This document shows positions 47,337 to 56,413 of a DNA stretch of 64,000 nt, piece by piece; the first letter of the stretch is position 1, and the number at the start of each line of letters is the position of its first letter. The stretch covers positions 45,845-109,844 of the forward strand of contig CAMDHM010000003.1 in assembly GCA_945898195.1 (NCBI GenBank), given 5' to 3'. The notes under the pieces are model-generated. The model was given only the letters and a program-made list of their open reading frames with translations, made no database searches and had not been told where the DNA came from. A program made the position numbers and the translations under genes. This DNA is from Pseudobacteriovorax antillogorgiicola. Lineage in GTDB: Bacteria > Bdellovibrionota_B > Oligoflexia > Oligoflexales > RGVZ01.

Positions 47337-49421
47337 ATGAATCAAGCTAATTCATTGGATGCCTATTTTTCAGGTGAAACTCATGAAATTAGAGTGGCAC
47401 TCCTTGCGGGGCTTGCCTCCTCGGGAGAGTGCCTACCCCCGGACGTAGTTGTTGGCCTGCTCCGACTGGAATTGCCATCCGCAGAAAAGGTTTTGCTTCT
47501 TGAAGCCGTCTCTTTAGCGGACCCATTGTCTTTTGAGGATTTTGTTTTTGATCATATGATTCACTGGCCCCAGGATGTTGCGGCTAAAGCATTGCGGATC
47601 TGGGCTGGAAATCCTGCGTGCACTCGCTGGAACGAGCTTTCTCGGTTGGCTGCACTGCCTGGTTTGCCTCAGCGAATTCTGTATACAATTCTTGACGTTT
47701 CGGCTCGTGCGCCCGATGAATTGCTGACGAAGGCATGCGTGGATTCAGCGATGCATGCCGACGGCGGTGGCCTATCGCCGGCATTCAATTCCCTTATGTT
47801 CGTTCGGATGTTGCAGAGGAAGATTCAGGATGATCGGGTTTCGGTATTGGTCCGTAAAATCTGCGAAAAGTCGGCTCACGAATTTGTCCCGGAGGACAAG
47901 TCAGCCTTCGCCGCGTGTCTTTATTTGTGGTGTTTTCATAAGGACGAATTTGACCATTGGGACTCAAGGATTCCGGCAGGTTCGCCTCAATCTATACTGC
48001 GCCTCCTGCCCAATGATCGCAGCGTTAGTTGGTTAGGAGGGGGCTTAAAAAGCCGCGCTACCAAGGAAACGACGGCTGGGCGTCAGAAGAACCTGCAGGG
48101 ACCATCAGATGGCAATGGTGCAGGGGCTTTTTTGGGCTGGTTGCTCAGTAAGGACGTGTCGGCAAGTCGGATCAAAACTCTAGTGTCTGGTGTGTGGCAA
48201 CAGTTGCTGGTTGTTGGCGATGTCGATGAACCTGATGAACGTTGGACGGCTGCAACGAATTCTTTACGAGTAAAGACCGGCATTTACCGAATTGCTTGTA
48301 TCCGGGCATTGGGCAAGCGGCGTGGGAGTGATCTTGCTGTACTGAAGCTTCTTGATTATGTCCGTTCGGGGGATACGAATGAGCTGACCGAGGTGGCTCG
48401 AGCTCTCGGTTCTATTGCATCTCCGCGCGCAATTCAGGAATTGATTTCCATGATGTCGCGGCACAATGCAGGAGTTGACTTGCAGATTGAGATCTCGGTG
48501 GTCCTAAAGAATCAGAAACTTGACGATCATCATGATGCGATTGGCGCGGCCCGTTTGCATGTAGCTTCGCTGCTCAAAAGTAGTCGAGGAAAAAATAATG
48601 CCAGCGAAGGTTTGGCCGAGGTTTTGGAGGCGTTGCAAGATCTGGTCGATGCTCCCGTTGCCCTTGTTGCTCCCGTTGGGGCAGTTGATGCAAGGATGAT
48701 GGACGAAGCCCTGGCGAAATCAATTCCACATTATGAAAGGCTTTCGGCCGAGGTAAAGCGGGCACTCAGGACTGCCTGGTATTTTCATCGTCAGATTGAG
48801 CTCGGGGGTGCGGCGGCATCGATTGATCTAAGTCCGGTGATAGATATGCAATATAAAGGCATGGAACTTTTGTTCCGCGAATATTTCGAAGATGTTTGCG
48901 GGCGCCTGATTCAGCAGGGCACTATTCAGCGGAAACTGGACCTGATCGGATACTCTCGTCCCATTCAAGATAAGATGGACGAATTCGAGAGCTATATTGC
49001 GGCAATGCCGGTCATCAATACAATCCCATTTTTTAGTAAGTTTAAGATGCGAAAAATGCTGATGGCACTATGCCAGTTTAAACCGGGGCGTCGGTTTACC
49101 TTGGATGGTCTAAAGGCGTTTGGTCTATTCTTTTTTATTTTTGGGCGGGGCGAGTGCCGGTATGGTTTGGGCGGAGTCCTTCCTATTGTGCCGAATCCCT
49201 TCAAGGATCAGGCTGCACTTGCCGACTTCTGTCGTTTGCTTCATGTGTTTCAGGATTTCAGAAACCGCGCGGCTCATGAGGGGTTTCACCCGGATGCCGC
49301 TGCTGATATCAAGGGGATCTGGTGTAATACGGCTGAAATTGTCCAGCTGGCCCATGCTCTGCGCCCAGTTTTGAGTCGACCAATCGTCGAACCCGGCCTT
49401 GTCCGGGAGCGCGCTAGCTGA
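47337..49421 (+). CDS. Hypothetical HEAT-repeat protein with C-terminal HEPN-like domain (Rx4H motif RNRAAH)
   Basis: 694 aa and cytoplasmic-looking. Central PBS-lyase/HEAT-like repeat (VARALGSIASPRAIQELISMMSRHN). The C-terminal helical region ends in VFQDFRNRAAHEGFHP, which fits the HEPN Rx4-6H signature. Confidence 0.5.
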   Translation: MNQANSLDAYFSGETHEIRVALLAGLASSGECLPPDVVVGLLRLELPSAEKVLLLEAVSLADPLSFEDFVFDHMIHWPQDVAAKALRIWAGNPACTRWNELSRLAALPGLPQRILYTILDVSARAPDELLTKACVDSAMHADGGGLSPAFNSLMFVRMLQRKIQDDRVSVLVRKICEKSAHEFVPEDKSAFAACLYLWCFHKDEFDHWDSRIPAGSPQSILRLLPNDRSVSWLGGGLKSRATKETTAGRQKNLQGPSDGNGAGAFLGWLLSKDVSASRIKTLVSGVWQQLLVVGDVDEPDERWTAATNSLRVKTGIYRIACIRALGKRRGSDLAVLKLLDYVRSGDTNELTEVARALGSIASPRAIQELISMMSRHNAGVDLQIEISVVLKNQKLDDHHDAIGAARLHVASLLKSSRGKNNASEGLAEVLEALQDLVDAPVALVAPVGAVDARMMDEALAKSIPHYERLSAEVKRALRTAWYFHRQIELGGAAASIDLSPVIDMQYKGMELLFREYFEDVCGRLIQQGTIQRKLDLIGYSRPIQDKMDEFESYIAAMPVINTIPFFSKFKMRKMLMALCQFKPGRRFTLDGLKAFGLFFFIFGRGECRYGLGGVLPIVPNPFKDQAALADFCRLLHVFQDFRNRAAHEGFHPDAAADIKGIWCNTAEIVQLAHALRPVLSRPIVEPGLVRERAS

Positions 49422-49491
49422 TAACCTTCTCGGCGAACAATCCGGTCTTTTGGCCTGGAATCGCTTATGCTTACCGCAGGTTGGGGTGGAC

Positions 49492-50220
49492 ATGACTGGC
49501 AAAGTTGCTTTGGTTACTGGGGCATCACGAGGCATCGGTGCTGCCTGCGCAATCGCATTGGGGAATGCCGGCTTCAAAGTAGCGGTCCATTACCGAGGGC
49601 ATGAAGATAAGGCCCTTGCAGTCTGTGCCTTGATTCCTGGGTCGCGTGCCTTTCGCGCAGATCTATCTGATGCTGCGGCCTGCCAGGGTTTGATCAAGAC
49701 GGTCGCCGCGGAAATGGGTGGACTTCACGTTCTGGTCAATAACGCTGGCGTCGCTATCGATCAGATTCTGCCCCTTGCGAAGCCGGACGATTTTGACTTG
49801 CTTCTTAATACCAATTTGAAGTCAGTATTCCTTTTATCTAAATTTGCATCGCGCCCGATGATCCGCCAAAAGTGGGGGCGAATCATTAACTTGGCGTCGG
49901 TTGTCGGTTTTACCGGTAACCCCGGCCAAAGCATGTATGCGGCAACAAAAGCCGGCATTGTGGGGTTCACTAAATCAATCGCTGCAGAGTTGGCTCCATT
50001 TGGGATCCTTGCAAACTGCGTAGCGCCTGGCTTCATTGAGACTGATATGACGGGTGCGCTGCCTGAGGCTGTCAAAGAAGCTATGTTGGGGCGTATTCCC
50101 CTGAAAAGGTTCGGCGCGGTCGAAGATATTGCTGCGGCAGTTGAGTTTCTTTCGTCGGATAAATCATCTTATATTACTGGTTCCACGATCCATGTGAACG
50201 GCGGAATGTACACCAATTGA
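49492..50220 (+). CDS. fabG: 3-oxoacyl-[ACP] reductase FabG (classical SDR)
   Basis: Start at ATG 49492 (MTGKVALVTGASRGIG). Also NNAG, the catalytic S...YxxxK (YAATKAG) and HVNGGMY. The ORF-track start at 49399 adds 31 non-homologous residues. Confidence 0.85.
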   Translation: MTGKVALVTGASRGIGAACAIALGNAGFKVAVHYRGHEDKALAVCALIPGSRAFRADLSDAAACQGLIKTVAAEMGGLHVLVNNAGVAIDQILPLAKPDDFDLLLNTNLKSVFLLSKFASRPMIRQKWGRIINLASVVGFTGNPGQSMYAATKAGIVGFTKSIAAELAPFGILANCVAPGFIETDMTGALPEAVKEAMLGRIPLKRFGAVEDIAAAVEFLSSDKSSYITGSTIHVNGGMYTN

Positions 50221-50230
50221 CGGGAATGGC

Positions 50231-51280
50231 ATGTCGGTCGACCAAAAGAGAAAATCCTCAATATTTTTGACAGCGATGGGACACTACGTTCCCGATAATG
50301 TTCTCGATAACAATTTTTTTGACAGTTTGAACATTGGTTCCGATGCTCAATGGATTGTTGATCGAGTCGGCATTCAAGAGCGACGCAGTGTTCTCCGTCC
50401 TGAAGAAATTCGCGCCCTTCGTTTTGGCGAAACGACTCGAGACGAACTAATTGCCGCTGGGCGCATCATGACGTTTGGTCAAATGGGTGCAAGGTCCTGG
50501 GAACTCGCCATGACCCGTTCAGGACTAAAAACCGAAGGCCTGCACGCTGGCGCTGTTATCGGTGGCACTTCAGTTCCGGATAGCGATATTCCTTCCCACG
50601 CATGTTATGCCGCACGCGATTCAGGATTGAAGACCGGATTTGCCTACGACACCAATTCGGCATGCAGTACCTTTGCCGTGCAGATCCAAACGCTGCGCGG
50701 GGCTTTCGCAATTGGAAGCGCGACAACTGGCGCCATTTTTGGCGCAGAACGATACACGACCCGGGTCGACTATTCGGATCGGAAGGGATGCATTCTATTT
50801 GGTGACAGTTCCTATGCGGCTTACGTTGAAAGTGTGCCGCGCGGAAAGTGTCTTGAAGTGGTCGACACTTTGGTCGAATCCTCTCCTGAGGGTGCTGATA
50901 CAATTCGTATGCTCGACGGAAAGTCATTTGAGCAAGATGGTCAAGCGGTACAGAAGTTCGCAATCCTTAAAACGGTGAGCGCAGCTCAGGCCATTATGGA
51001 GCGCAATCACCTTCTCATTGCAGATGTAAACTGGTTTGTCGGTCACCAGGCGAACCTGCGAATGCTGATGTCTGCTGCGCAGAGGATCGGCATTGATCCC
51101 GAACGACACCTTTATAATGTTGCGTTTCACGGTAACCAGGGCGGAGCCGGAGCCCCGGTAACGATGTCGCAAAATTGGGACCGTTATCGTGACGGCGATA
51201 TTATTGTTATGTCCGTTGTTGGGTCTGGTTTAACCTGGGGCTCGGTAGTGTTCCGGGTTCACGACAAGGGTCACGATTGA
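50231..51280 (+). CDS. FabH-like 3-oxoacyl-[ACP] synthase III (KASIII family)
   Basis: The Cys-His-Asn triad contexts are present: TNSACSTFA, FVGHQANLRM and FHGNQGGAG. C-terminal GSGLTWGS is also present. Confidence 0.8.
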   Translation: MSVDQKRKSSIFLTAMGHYVPDNVLDNNFFDSLNIGSDAQWIVDRVGIQERRSVLRPEEIRALRFGETTRDELIAAGRIMTFGQMGARSWELAMTRSGLKTEGLHAGAVIGGTSVPDSDIPSHACYAARDSGLKTGFAYDTNSACSTFAVQIQTLRGAFAIGSATTGAIFGAERYTTRVDYSDRKGCILFGDSSYAAYVESVPRGKCLEVVDTLVESSPEGADTIRMLDGKSFEQDGQAVQKFAILKTVSAAQAIMERNHLLIADVNWFVGHQANLRMLMSAAQRIGIDPERHLYNVAFHGNQGGAGAPVTMSQNWDRYRDGDIIVMSVVGSGLTWGSVVFRVHDKGHD

Positions 51281-52422
51281 ACGCGCCGATCGAAGGAAAG
51301 AGATGGATCTTGATGACCGGTGCCGCCGGCTTGATCGGTCGTCATCTGCGCTTTAGCCTTAACGATCAATATCGCTTTTGGTGTATCGATAGCCGTCCCG
51401 TGAATGACATGTACATGGGCGACATTGCCGATATCTTGGATATCGGCAGTTTGACGACACTGACGGATGTCTGGGATCGGCGTCCCGAGATCACTGCTAA
51501 TTTGCATGCGGTCATTCATCTGGCTGCCTACTACGATTTTTTAAATCTGCCGAATCCGGCGTATCAGCGGGTCAATCAGGGCCTTGAACGCTTACTGATG
51601 CTGATTTCCAAAGATGCCCCAGGTGAGTGTGTGGTGGTTTCTGCTGGCAGCATGACAGTCCTTGCACCAGTCCTGCCCGGGCAACGGCAAAATGAGCAAA
51701 GCCCCCGAGCCGGACTCTGGGAGTTTCCCCGGAGCAAGCTTCAAGCCGAGCGATTGTTGGATCAGACGTCGATCAGGCAACCGGTGGTGCAGTTAATTCT
51801 TGCTTGTGTGTATTCAGATTGGTGCGAGTTTGTTCCGCTTTTCAACTGGATCGAAATTTGTGGGACGCCTGGTCCCGAGAAACATTTCTATCCTGGTGCG
51901 CCGACCCGCGGGCTAACTTACTGCCATATCGAAGACGTCGTCCGTGCGTTCGTCCTTGCAATCGAAAAGTTTGGATTGGGTGGTGAATTAATTCTGCTGG
52001 CGGAGGCTGATCTACTGCAAAAGCGCGCTAAGAAGTCTGTTGAGGTCGCGATGGAGGGCGGGGTGAGGGAAAAGTTCTTGATCGGGCAGCCCCAGTCAAT
52101 GAGTTATCGCGAAATTCACGCGCGTGCCTGCACCGCATTCCAAGGCAAGGCAATTCCCCTTATTCAGTTGCCGACCGAGATTGCGACGATTGGTGCTTGG
52201 ATCATGGATTTGTTTGGTCGGATTATAAAAAAACCGGCCTTTATCAAGCCATGGATGATAAAATTTGCCGGACAACATTTTTCATTTGATCTGACCTGGT
52301 CTCGAACCCGCTTGGGGTGGATTCCGAAGAAGTCCATCCAACAAGATTTTAATGGGCTCATGCTTCGGGCCATTCGTGAGCGTGATCATTGGGTAAAGAT
52401 CAACGCTTTGCGGCCGCGATGA
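51277..52422 (+). CDS. NAD-dependent epimerase/dehydratase-family (extended SDR) protein
   Basis: Rossmann motif ILMTGAAGLIGRHL near the N-terminus. TTG start overlaps the KASIII stop (TTGA). 381 aa. Confidence 0.65.
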   Translation: MNAPIEGKRWILMTGAAGLIGRHLRFSLNDQYRFWCIDSRPVNDMYMGDIADILDIGSLTTLTDVWDRRPEITANLHAVIHLAAYYDFLNLPNPAYQRVNQGLERLLMLISKDAPGECVVVSAGSMTVLAPVLPGQRQNEQSPRAGLWEFPRSKLQAERLLDQTSIRQPVVQLILACVYSDWCEFVPLFNWIEICGTPGPEKHFYPGAPTRGLTYCHIEDVVRAFVLAIEKFGLGGELILLAEADLLQKRAKKSVEVAMEGGVREKFLIGQPQSMSYREIHARACTAFQGKAIPLIQLPTEIATIGAWIMDLFGRIIKKPAFIKPWMIKFAGQHFSFDLTWSRTRLGWIPKKSIQQDFNGLMLRAIRERDHWVKINALRPR

Positions 52423-52545
52423 TTCGCCAGCTATCGCAGGCTGGATAAAGTGTTCCCCCAATAGCGACAATAGTCGCAGGAAGGCGCTTGTAATAGTGCG
52501 CGGCCAATAAAAAAGGCAAAGCAACCAGAGTGATTTGAAGGAGCC

Positions 52546-53757
52546 TTATAAATTTATGGATGGCGTCCGCCTTCTTTGTATGGGCAGCTTGGTCACCTGC
52601 ATTCGGCGGAGTTCGCTCAACGGATAGATGGTTCCCCGCCAATTGATTCCACCCCGGCGCAGGGTTTGAATCATTGAGTTAAATCCTGCGATTCCACACA
52701 AAATCATGCCCAGTGGAAAAGTTGGCACTAAGGCGGGATTGATTCCGTGAATTCGAGATGATCGGAATTGCGTAAAGCAGGCGAAAAAATAGACAAACAA
52801 GCCGCTACAGATAGTCCAATCATTTCTGAAAATAGGCCAAATGAATGCGACCAATGGCGCAGCAATGACAAACATATTATCTGCAGTCGCGCGCAGGGCC
52901 GAGTAGTGAGACAGTGCGAAGGCGTTCTTTTCTAGGCCGTTCAGCATGGATCTGAAGCTGGAGTAATATTCGAGCGAGACGGCTGTACCGCTGCCCATCA
53001 ATGAACCTTTTCCCCCTGACTGATGGCATAAAATCGCTAGACCAATGTCGTCAATGACTTCCATGCGCAATCTTTTAAACGGCTGAATTCTTCGTATCAA
53101 ATCCCCCCGAACCAGATTGAAGGCGCCGACTCCCATTGGCGCGCGGCACGAATCCGTTCCTATGGCGGTTGGATTGATAAAATAAAACAAGACCCATGCT
53201 GCTTGCGCCATGGCCGTATTAAATAAGAATCCTGCAGGATCGATCCTTGGCAATAAGGACAGATGGTCAAGCCTGAGATGCTGCATTGTTGCCACGGCAC
53301 GCTTTAAGGCATCGGCTGAAAAATGAATGTCGGCGTCCGTGCAAAGGATGAATTCACCGGTAGCAACAGCCAAAGCCTGGTCCAGGGCATGGACTTTTCC
53401 GAGCCACCCCGCGGGGAGCTCCCGGATATGAATGGGGATGATTCGATGGTCTAGTGTTGAACATTCGTCGATCAGGGTGCCGGTATTGTCGGTAGATCGA
53501 TCATTGACGCAAATAATTTCCAGGTTCGGGTAATCGATGTTTAGGAGCGTCTTTAGGGCTGGACCTATGGTTTTCCCTTCATTTAGAGCTGGGATGAGGA
53601 TCGATAGGCGTGGCCAATTTGTTTTCTGATTGACGGCAAGTGCCTGAGCCCCAGGTAGAAATTTCAAAGATGAAGTATGCCGCGCCGTCCGCAGCCACAC
53701 GAGTAAAATTGCGAGCTGCGCGAGGAAGATGGTGATGGTTTCACTGGGATGCTGCAT
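52546..53757 (-). CDS. Family-2 glycosyltransferase, membrane-associated
   Basis: N-terminal TM helix, LSILIPALNEG (GT2 start), DRSTDNT, CTDADIHF (DxD) and several C-terminal TM helices. Confidence 0.75.
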   Translation of the reverse strand: MQHPSETITIFLAQLAILLVWLRTARHTSSLKFLPGAQALAVNQKTNWPRLSILIPALNEGKTIGPALKTLLNIDYPNLEIICVNDRSTDNTGTLIDECSTLDHRIIPIHIRELPAGWLGKVHALDQALAVATGEFILCTDADIHFSADALKRAVATMQHLRLDHLSLLPRIDPAGFLFNTAMAQAAWVLFYFINPTAIGTDSCRAPMGVGAFNLVRGDLIRRIQPFKRLRMEVIDDIGLAILCHQSGGKGSLMGSGTAVSLEYYSSFRSMLNGLEKNAFALSHYSALRATADNMFVIAAPLVAFIWPIFRNDWTICSGLFVYFFACFTQFRSSRIHGINPALVPTFPLGMILCGIAGFNSMIQTLRRGGINWRGTIYPLSELRRMQVTKLPIQRRRTPSINL

Positions 53758-53794
53758 GGGCTATAATCTAACACAACTACACGAGACTTTCCCG

Positions 53795-55150
53795 ATGCTA
53801 AAATTTCGCTTTGCTCAAAACATGGAAGCGCTTGGTATTGAGCGCGTGGAAGCAAATTCCAGGAATGATTTTCGGATTTTTAACAACCTGACCCTCTGGT
53901 TGTCTGCGAATTTTAATCTTTCAACTTTTGCGCTAGGGACCTTGGCGGGGCCGGTGTTTAAGCTAAGTTTCTTCGATGGGCTTAAGGTCATCGTTTTGTT
54001 TAATATCCTTGGGGCCATTCCAGCCGCGATATTTGCAACACTAGGACCTAAGTTAGGCCTTCGCCAAATGACCATTTCTCGATTTTCTTTTGGTTGGAAC
54101 GGAGCCAAAATCATGGCCCTGTTTAATGCTGCAACCTGCATTGGATGGTCTACCGTGAATGTCATGGTGGGTGGGCAGCTGGTAAAAGAGTTAAGCGGCG
54201 GAAGGGTGTCATCTGCCGCTGCAATTATAGTCCTTTCTCTGGTAACGATGATCGTCAGCCTATATGGCTACCAACACGTTCATCGCTATGAACGCTATGC
54301 GTGGATTCCGATGGCGTTTTGTTTTCTGACTCTTTTTACGAGATATTTTCCCGAGATTAGAGTGTCGACTTGGAGCCTTCATGGGTCCGTTTTATATTCG
54401 GCATTGGCTTCATTCGGAGCTGCTGTATTTGGGTATGCAGCGGCATGGTCATCGTATGCGGCGGACTACAACGTTAATCAGCCCGAATCGACGCCGCCTG
54501 GGAAGATTTTCTGGCTGACTTACCTGGGTATTTTAATTCCCTGTATTTTTCTGGAGGCCTTGGGATTGGCCTTGACGACGGTGGTGCCATTTCACGGAAA
54601 GACGGGTGGGATTCTTCTGGCGATGGCCACGGAAGGGTTTGGAAATCCTGGATTATGGATGTTGGCTTTTTTTGTTTTAAGCCTCGTCGCGGCGAACGTT
54701 CCCAACGATTATAGCCTTGGCCTTTCTTTGCAACTCTTGGGCGAGAAATGGCAGCAGATTAGTCGCGCGGTGTGGACTGTGTTAGGGACCATCGCTTATG
54801 TCATCATTGCGCTCATAGCCGGCTCCGAATTTAACGAGACTTTGACAGACTTTTTATTGCTGATTACGTATTGGCTGGCGCCGTGGTTGACGATTTTGCT
54901 GTTGGAGCATTTTTTCTTTCGTCGCGGCGAATATGATGTGGCGAATTGGAATTCAAAAGCCCAGTTGCCAAGTGGTTGGGCTGCAATAGTTGCAATGATT
55001 TTTGGGCTTTTTGGTGCCTACCTTGGCGCATCTCAGGCGCGGTTTGTCGGCCCAGTTTCGCGCCTGCTTTCTGGCGCTGACGTGGGTTTTGAGTTAGGGG
55101 CGCTATGTTCCGGCGTTGCCTATTTGATTCTCCGCAAATCGCGTCCTTAA
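53795..55150 (+). CDS. NCS1-family (purine-cytosine/CodB-like) permease
   Basis: About 12 TM helices. N-terminal block NLTLWLSANFNLSTFALG and ISRFSFGWNGAK are typical of the cytosine/purine permease family. The start is uncertain (53729, 53756 or 53795). Confidence 0.7.
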   Translation: MLKFRFAQNMEALGIERVEANSRNDFRIFNNLTLWLSANFNLSTFALGTLAGPVFKLSFFDGLKVIVLFNILGAIPAAIFATLGPKLGLRQMTISRFSFGWNGAKIMALFNAATCIGWSTVNVMVGGQLVKELSGGRVSSAAAIIVLSLVTMIVSLYGYQHVHRYERYAWIPMAFCFLTLFTRYFPEIRVSTWSLHGSVLYSALASFGAAVFGYAAAWSSYAADYNVNQPESTPPGKIFWLTYLGILIPCIFLEALGLALTTVVPFHGKTGGILLAMATEGFGNPGLWMLAFFVLSLVAANVPNDYSLGLSLQLLGEKWQQISRAVWTVLGTIAYVIIALIAGSEFNETLTDFLLLITYWLAPWLTILLLEHFFFRRGEYDVANWNSKAQLPSGWAAIVAMIFGLFGAYLGASQARFVGPVSRLLSGADVGFELGALCSGVAYLILRKSRP

Positions 55151-55172
55151 GGCCCCGCAGCCTCATCAGTGA

Positions 55173-56345
55173 TCAGGCGGACGGAGAAATTCCAGCCAGG
55201 ATTGCCCCGGCCTTTTCGAGCGTCTCGGGAGTTTTGCAAAATGCAAACCGGACCTGGCGCAAATCTTTAGCCACGGAATCACCGGGTAGATAAAAGGGCG
55301 ATAGTGGAATCGTGGCTAATTTTTTCTTGCGGACTAGATCTAGGCTAAAATCCATGTCGTTAACATCGGGGGCCAGGCGTTCGTACCCTGCCGAAATAAA
55401 GTAGGTGCCTTCGGGCGTCTGAGCCTCAAACCCGGCGGCTCGTATTGCGACTAATAAAGTGTCTCGCCGGGTCAGGTAATCCGCGCGAAACTGTTTGTAG
55501 TAGTCGTCGCCCAGTTCAAATGCCCTGACCATGGCGTGCTGCAGTGGTGTGGCAGAACAAAAAACAGTAAATTGATGAACGCGGCGAAGGCCTTCTGTTA
55601 GCGCGGCGGGCGCGCAGGCATAGCCGATTTTCCATCCGGTAAAACTGAACGTCTTTGATGTTGAAGATATCGTTATCGTACGGTCCCACATTCCCGGTAG
55701 TGAGGCCATTGGGATATGTGTGGCGGGTTTAAAGATGATTTCTTCGTAAACCTCATCCGACATGACGATCAGATCATGCTTGCGGGCAACATCTGCAATG
55801 GCCTCCATCTCTGCGCGAGTCAAGACACGACCGGTCGGATTGTGTGGGGTATTGATCAAGATCATTTTGGTTTTTTTGGTAACTAAACGCTCTATGGCGT
55901 CGGCGTCTATTTTCCAATGAGGTGGCTGCAGGGCAACCGTTTTCAGGGTTGCTCCGCCGGCATGGCAGGCTGCCGGGTAGGAGTCATAAAATGGGGCGAT
56001 TCCGATCGCCTCGTCGCCCGGACCACAAAAAGCCTGGACTGCGCACCAGATGGCTTCGGTGGCGCCGGTTAGTACCGTAACCTCCCGGTCTGAATCATAT
56101 TTTAGACCATAAGCCTTTTGATAGCGGCGACTGATGGCGTCACGGAGGGGTTTGATTCCCGTGGCTGGAGCGTATTGATTGTGCCCTTTTTTCATCGCTT
56201 CGGCGGCAGCCTGAATGATTTCCTCGGGACCGTTGAAGTCGGGAAACCCTTGGGCCAAATTCACGGCACCAACGGAGTTAGCCTCGGCCGACATGATACT
56301 GAAAATCGAGGTCGGATATGTTTGCCAGCGGTGCTGCGGTATCAT
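55173..56345 (-). CDS. Class I/II PLP-dependent aminotransferase (YbdL/MalY-like methionine/aromatic aminotransferase group)
   Basis: NLAQGFPDF, NQYAP..G, NTPHNPTG, the PLP-lysine context SSTSKTFSFTGWKIGY and RFAFCK at the C-terminus. Confidence 0.85.
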   Translation of the reverse strand: MIPQHRWQTYPTSIFSIMSAEANSVGAVNLAQGFPDFNGPEEIIQAAAEAMKKGHNQYAPATGIKPLRDAISRRYQKAYGLKYDSDREVTVLTGATEAIWCAVQAFCGPGDEAIGIAPFYDSYPAACHAGGATLKTVALQPPHWKIDADAIERLVTKKTKMILINTPHNPTGRVLTRAEMEAIADVARKHDLIVMSDEVYEEIIFKPATHIPMASLPGMWDRTITISSTSKTFSFTGWKIGYACAPAALTEGLRRVHQFTVFCSATPLQHAMVRAFELGDDYYKQFRADYLTRRDTLLVAIRAAGFEAQTPEGTYFISAGYERLAPDVNDMDFSLDLVRKKKLATIPLSPFYLPGDSVAKDLRQVRFAFCKTPETLEKAGAILAGISPSA

Positions 56346-56413
56346 GTTGGCTGTCCTGTAAATTCAGGTATTGTCGGCGTGAATAACGGCTTGCTCGAAG
56401 GGGACCCAATTCC

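Noticed and set aside
52400-52642. An 80-aa minus-strand ORF overlapping the 3' end of the GT2 gene (contains a hydrophobic stretch LLQITLVALPFLLAAHYY). It was considered as a small membrane protein or as evidence of a frameshift in the GT2 gene.
   Set aside because: The GT2 frame reads through cleanly to its own stop, with plausible C-terminal TM helices. The alternative ORF has no RBS, and its N-terminal half is antisense-like low-complexity sequence. The evidence is insufficient.
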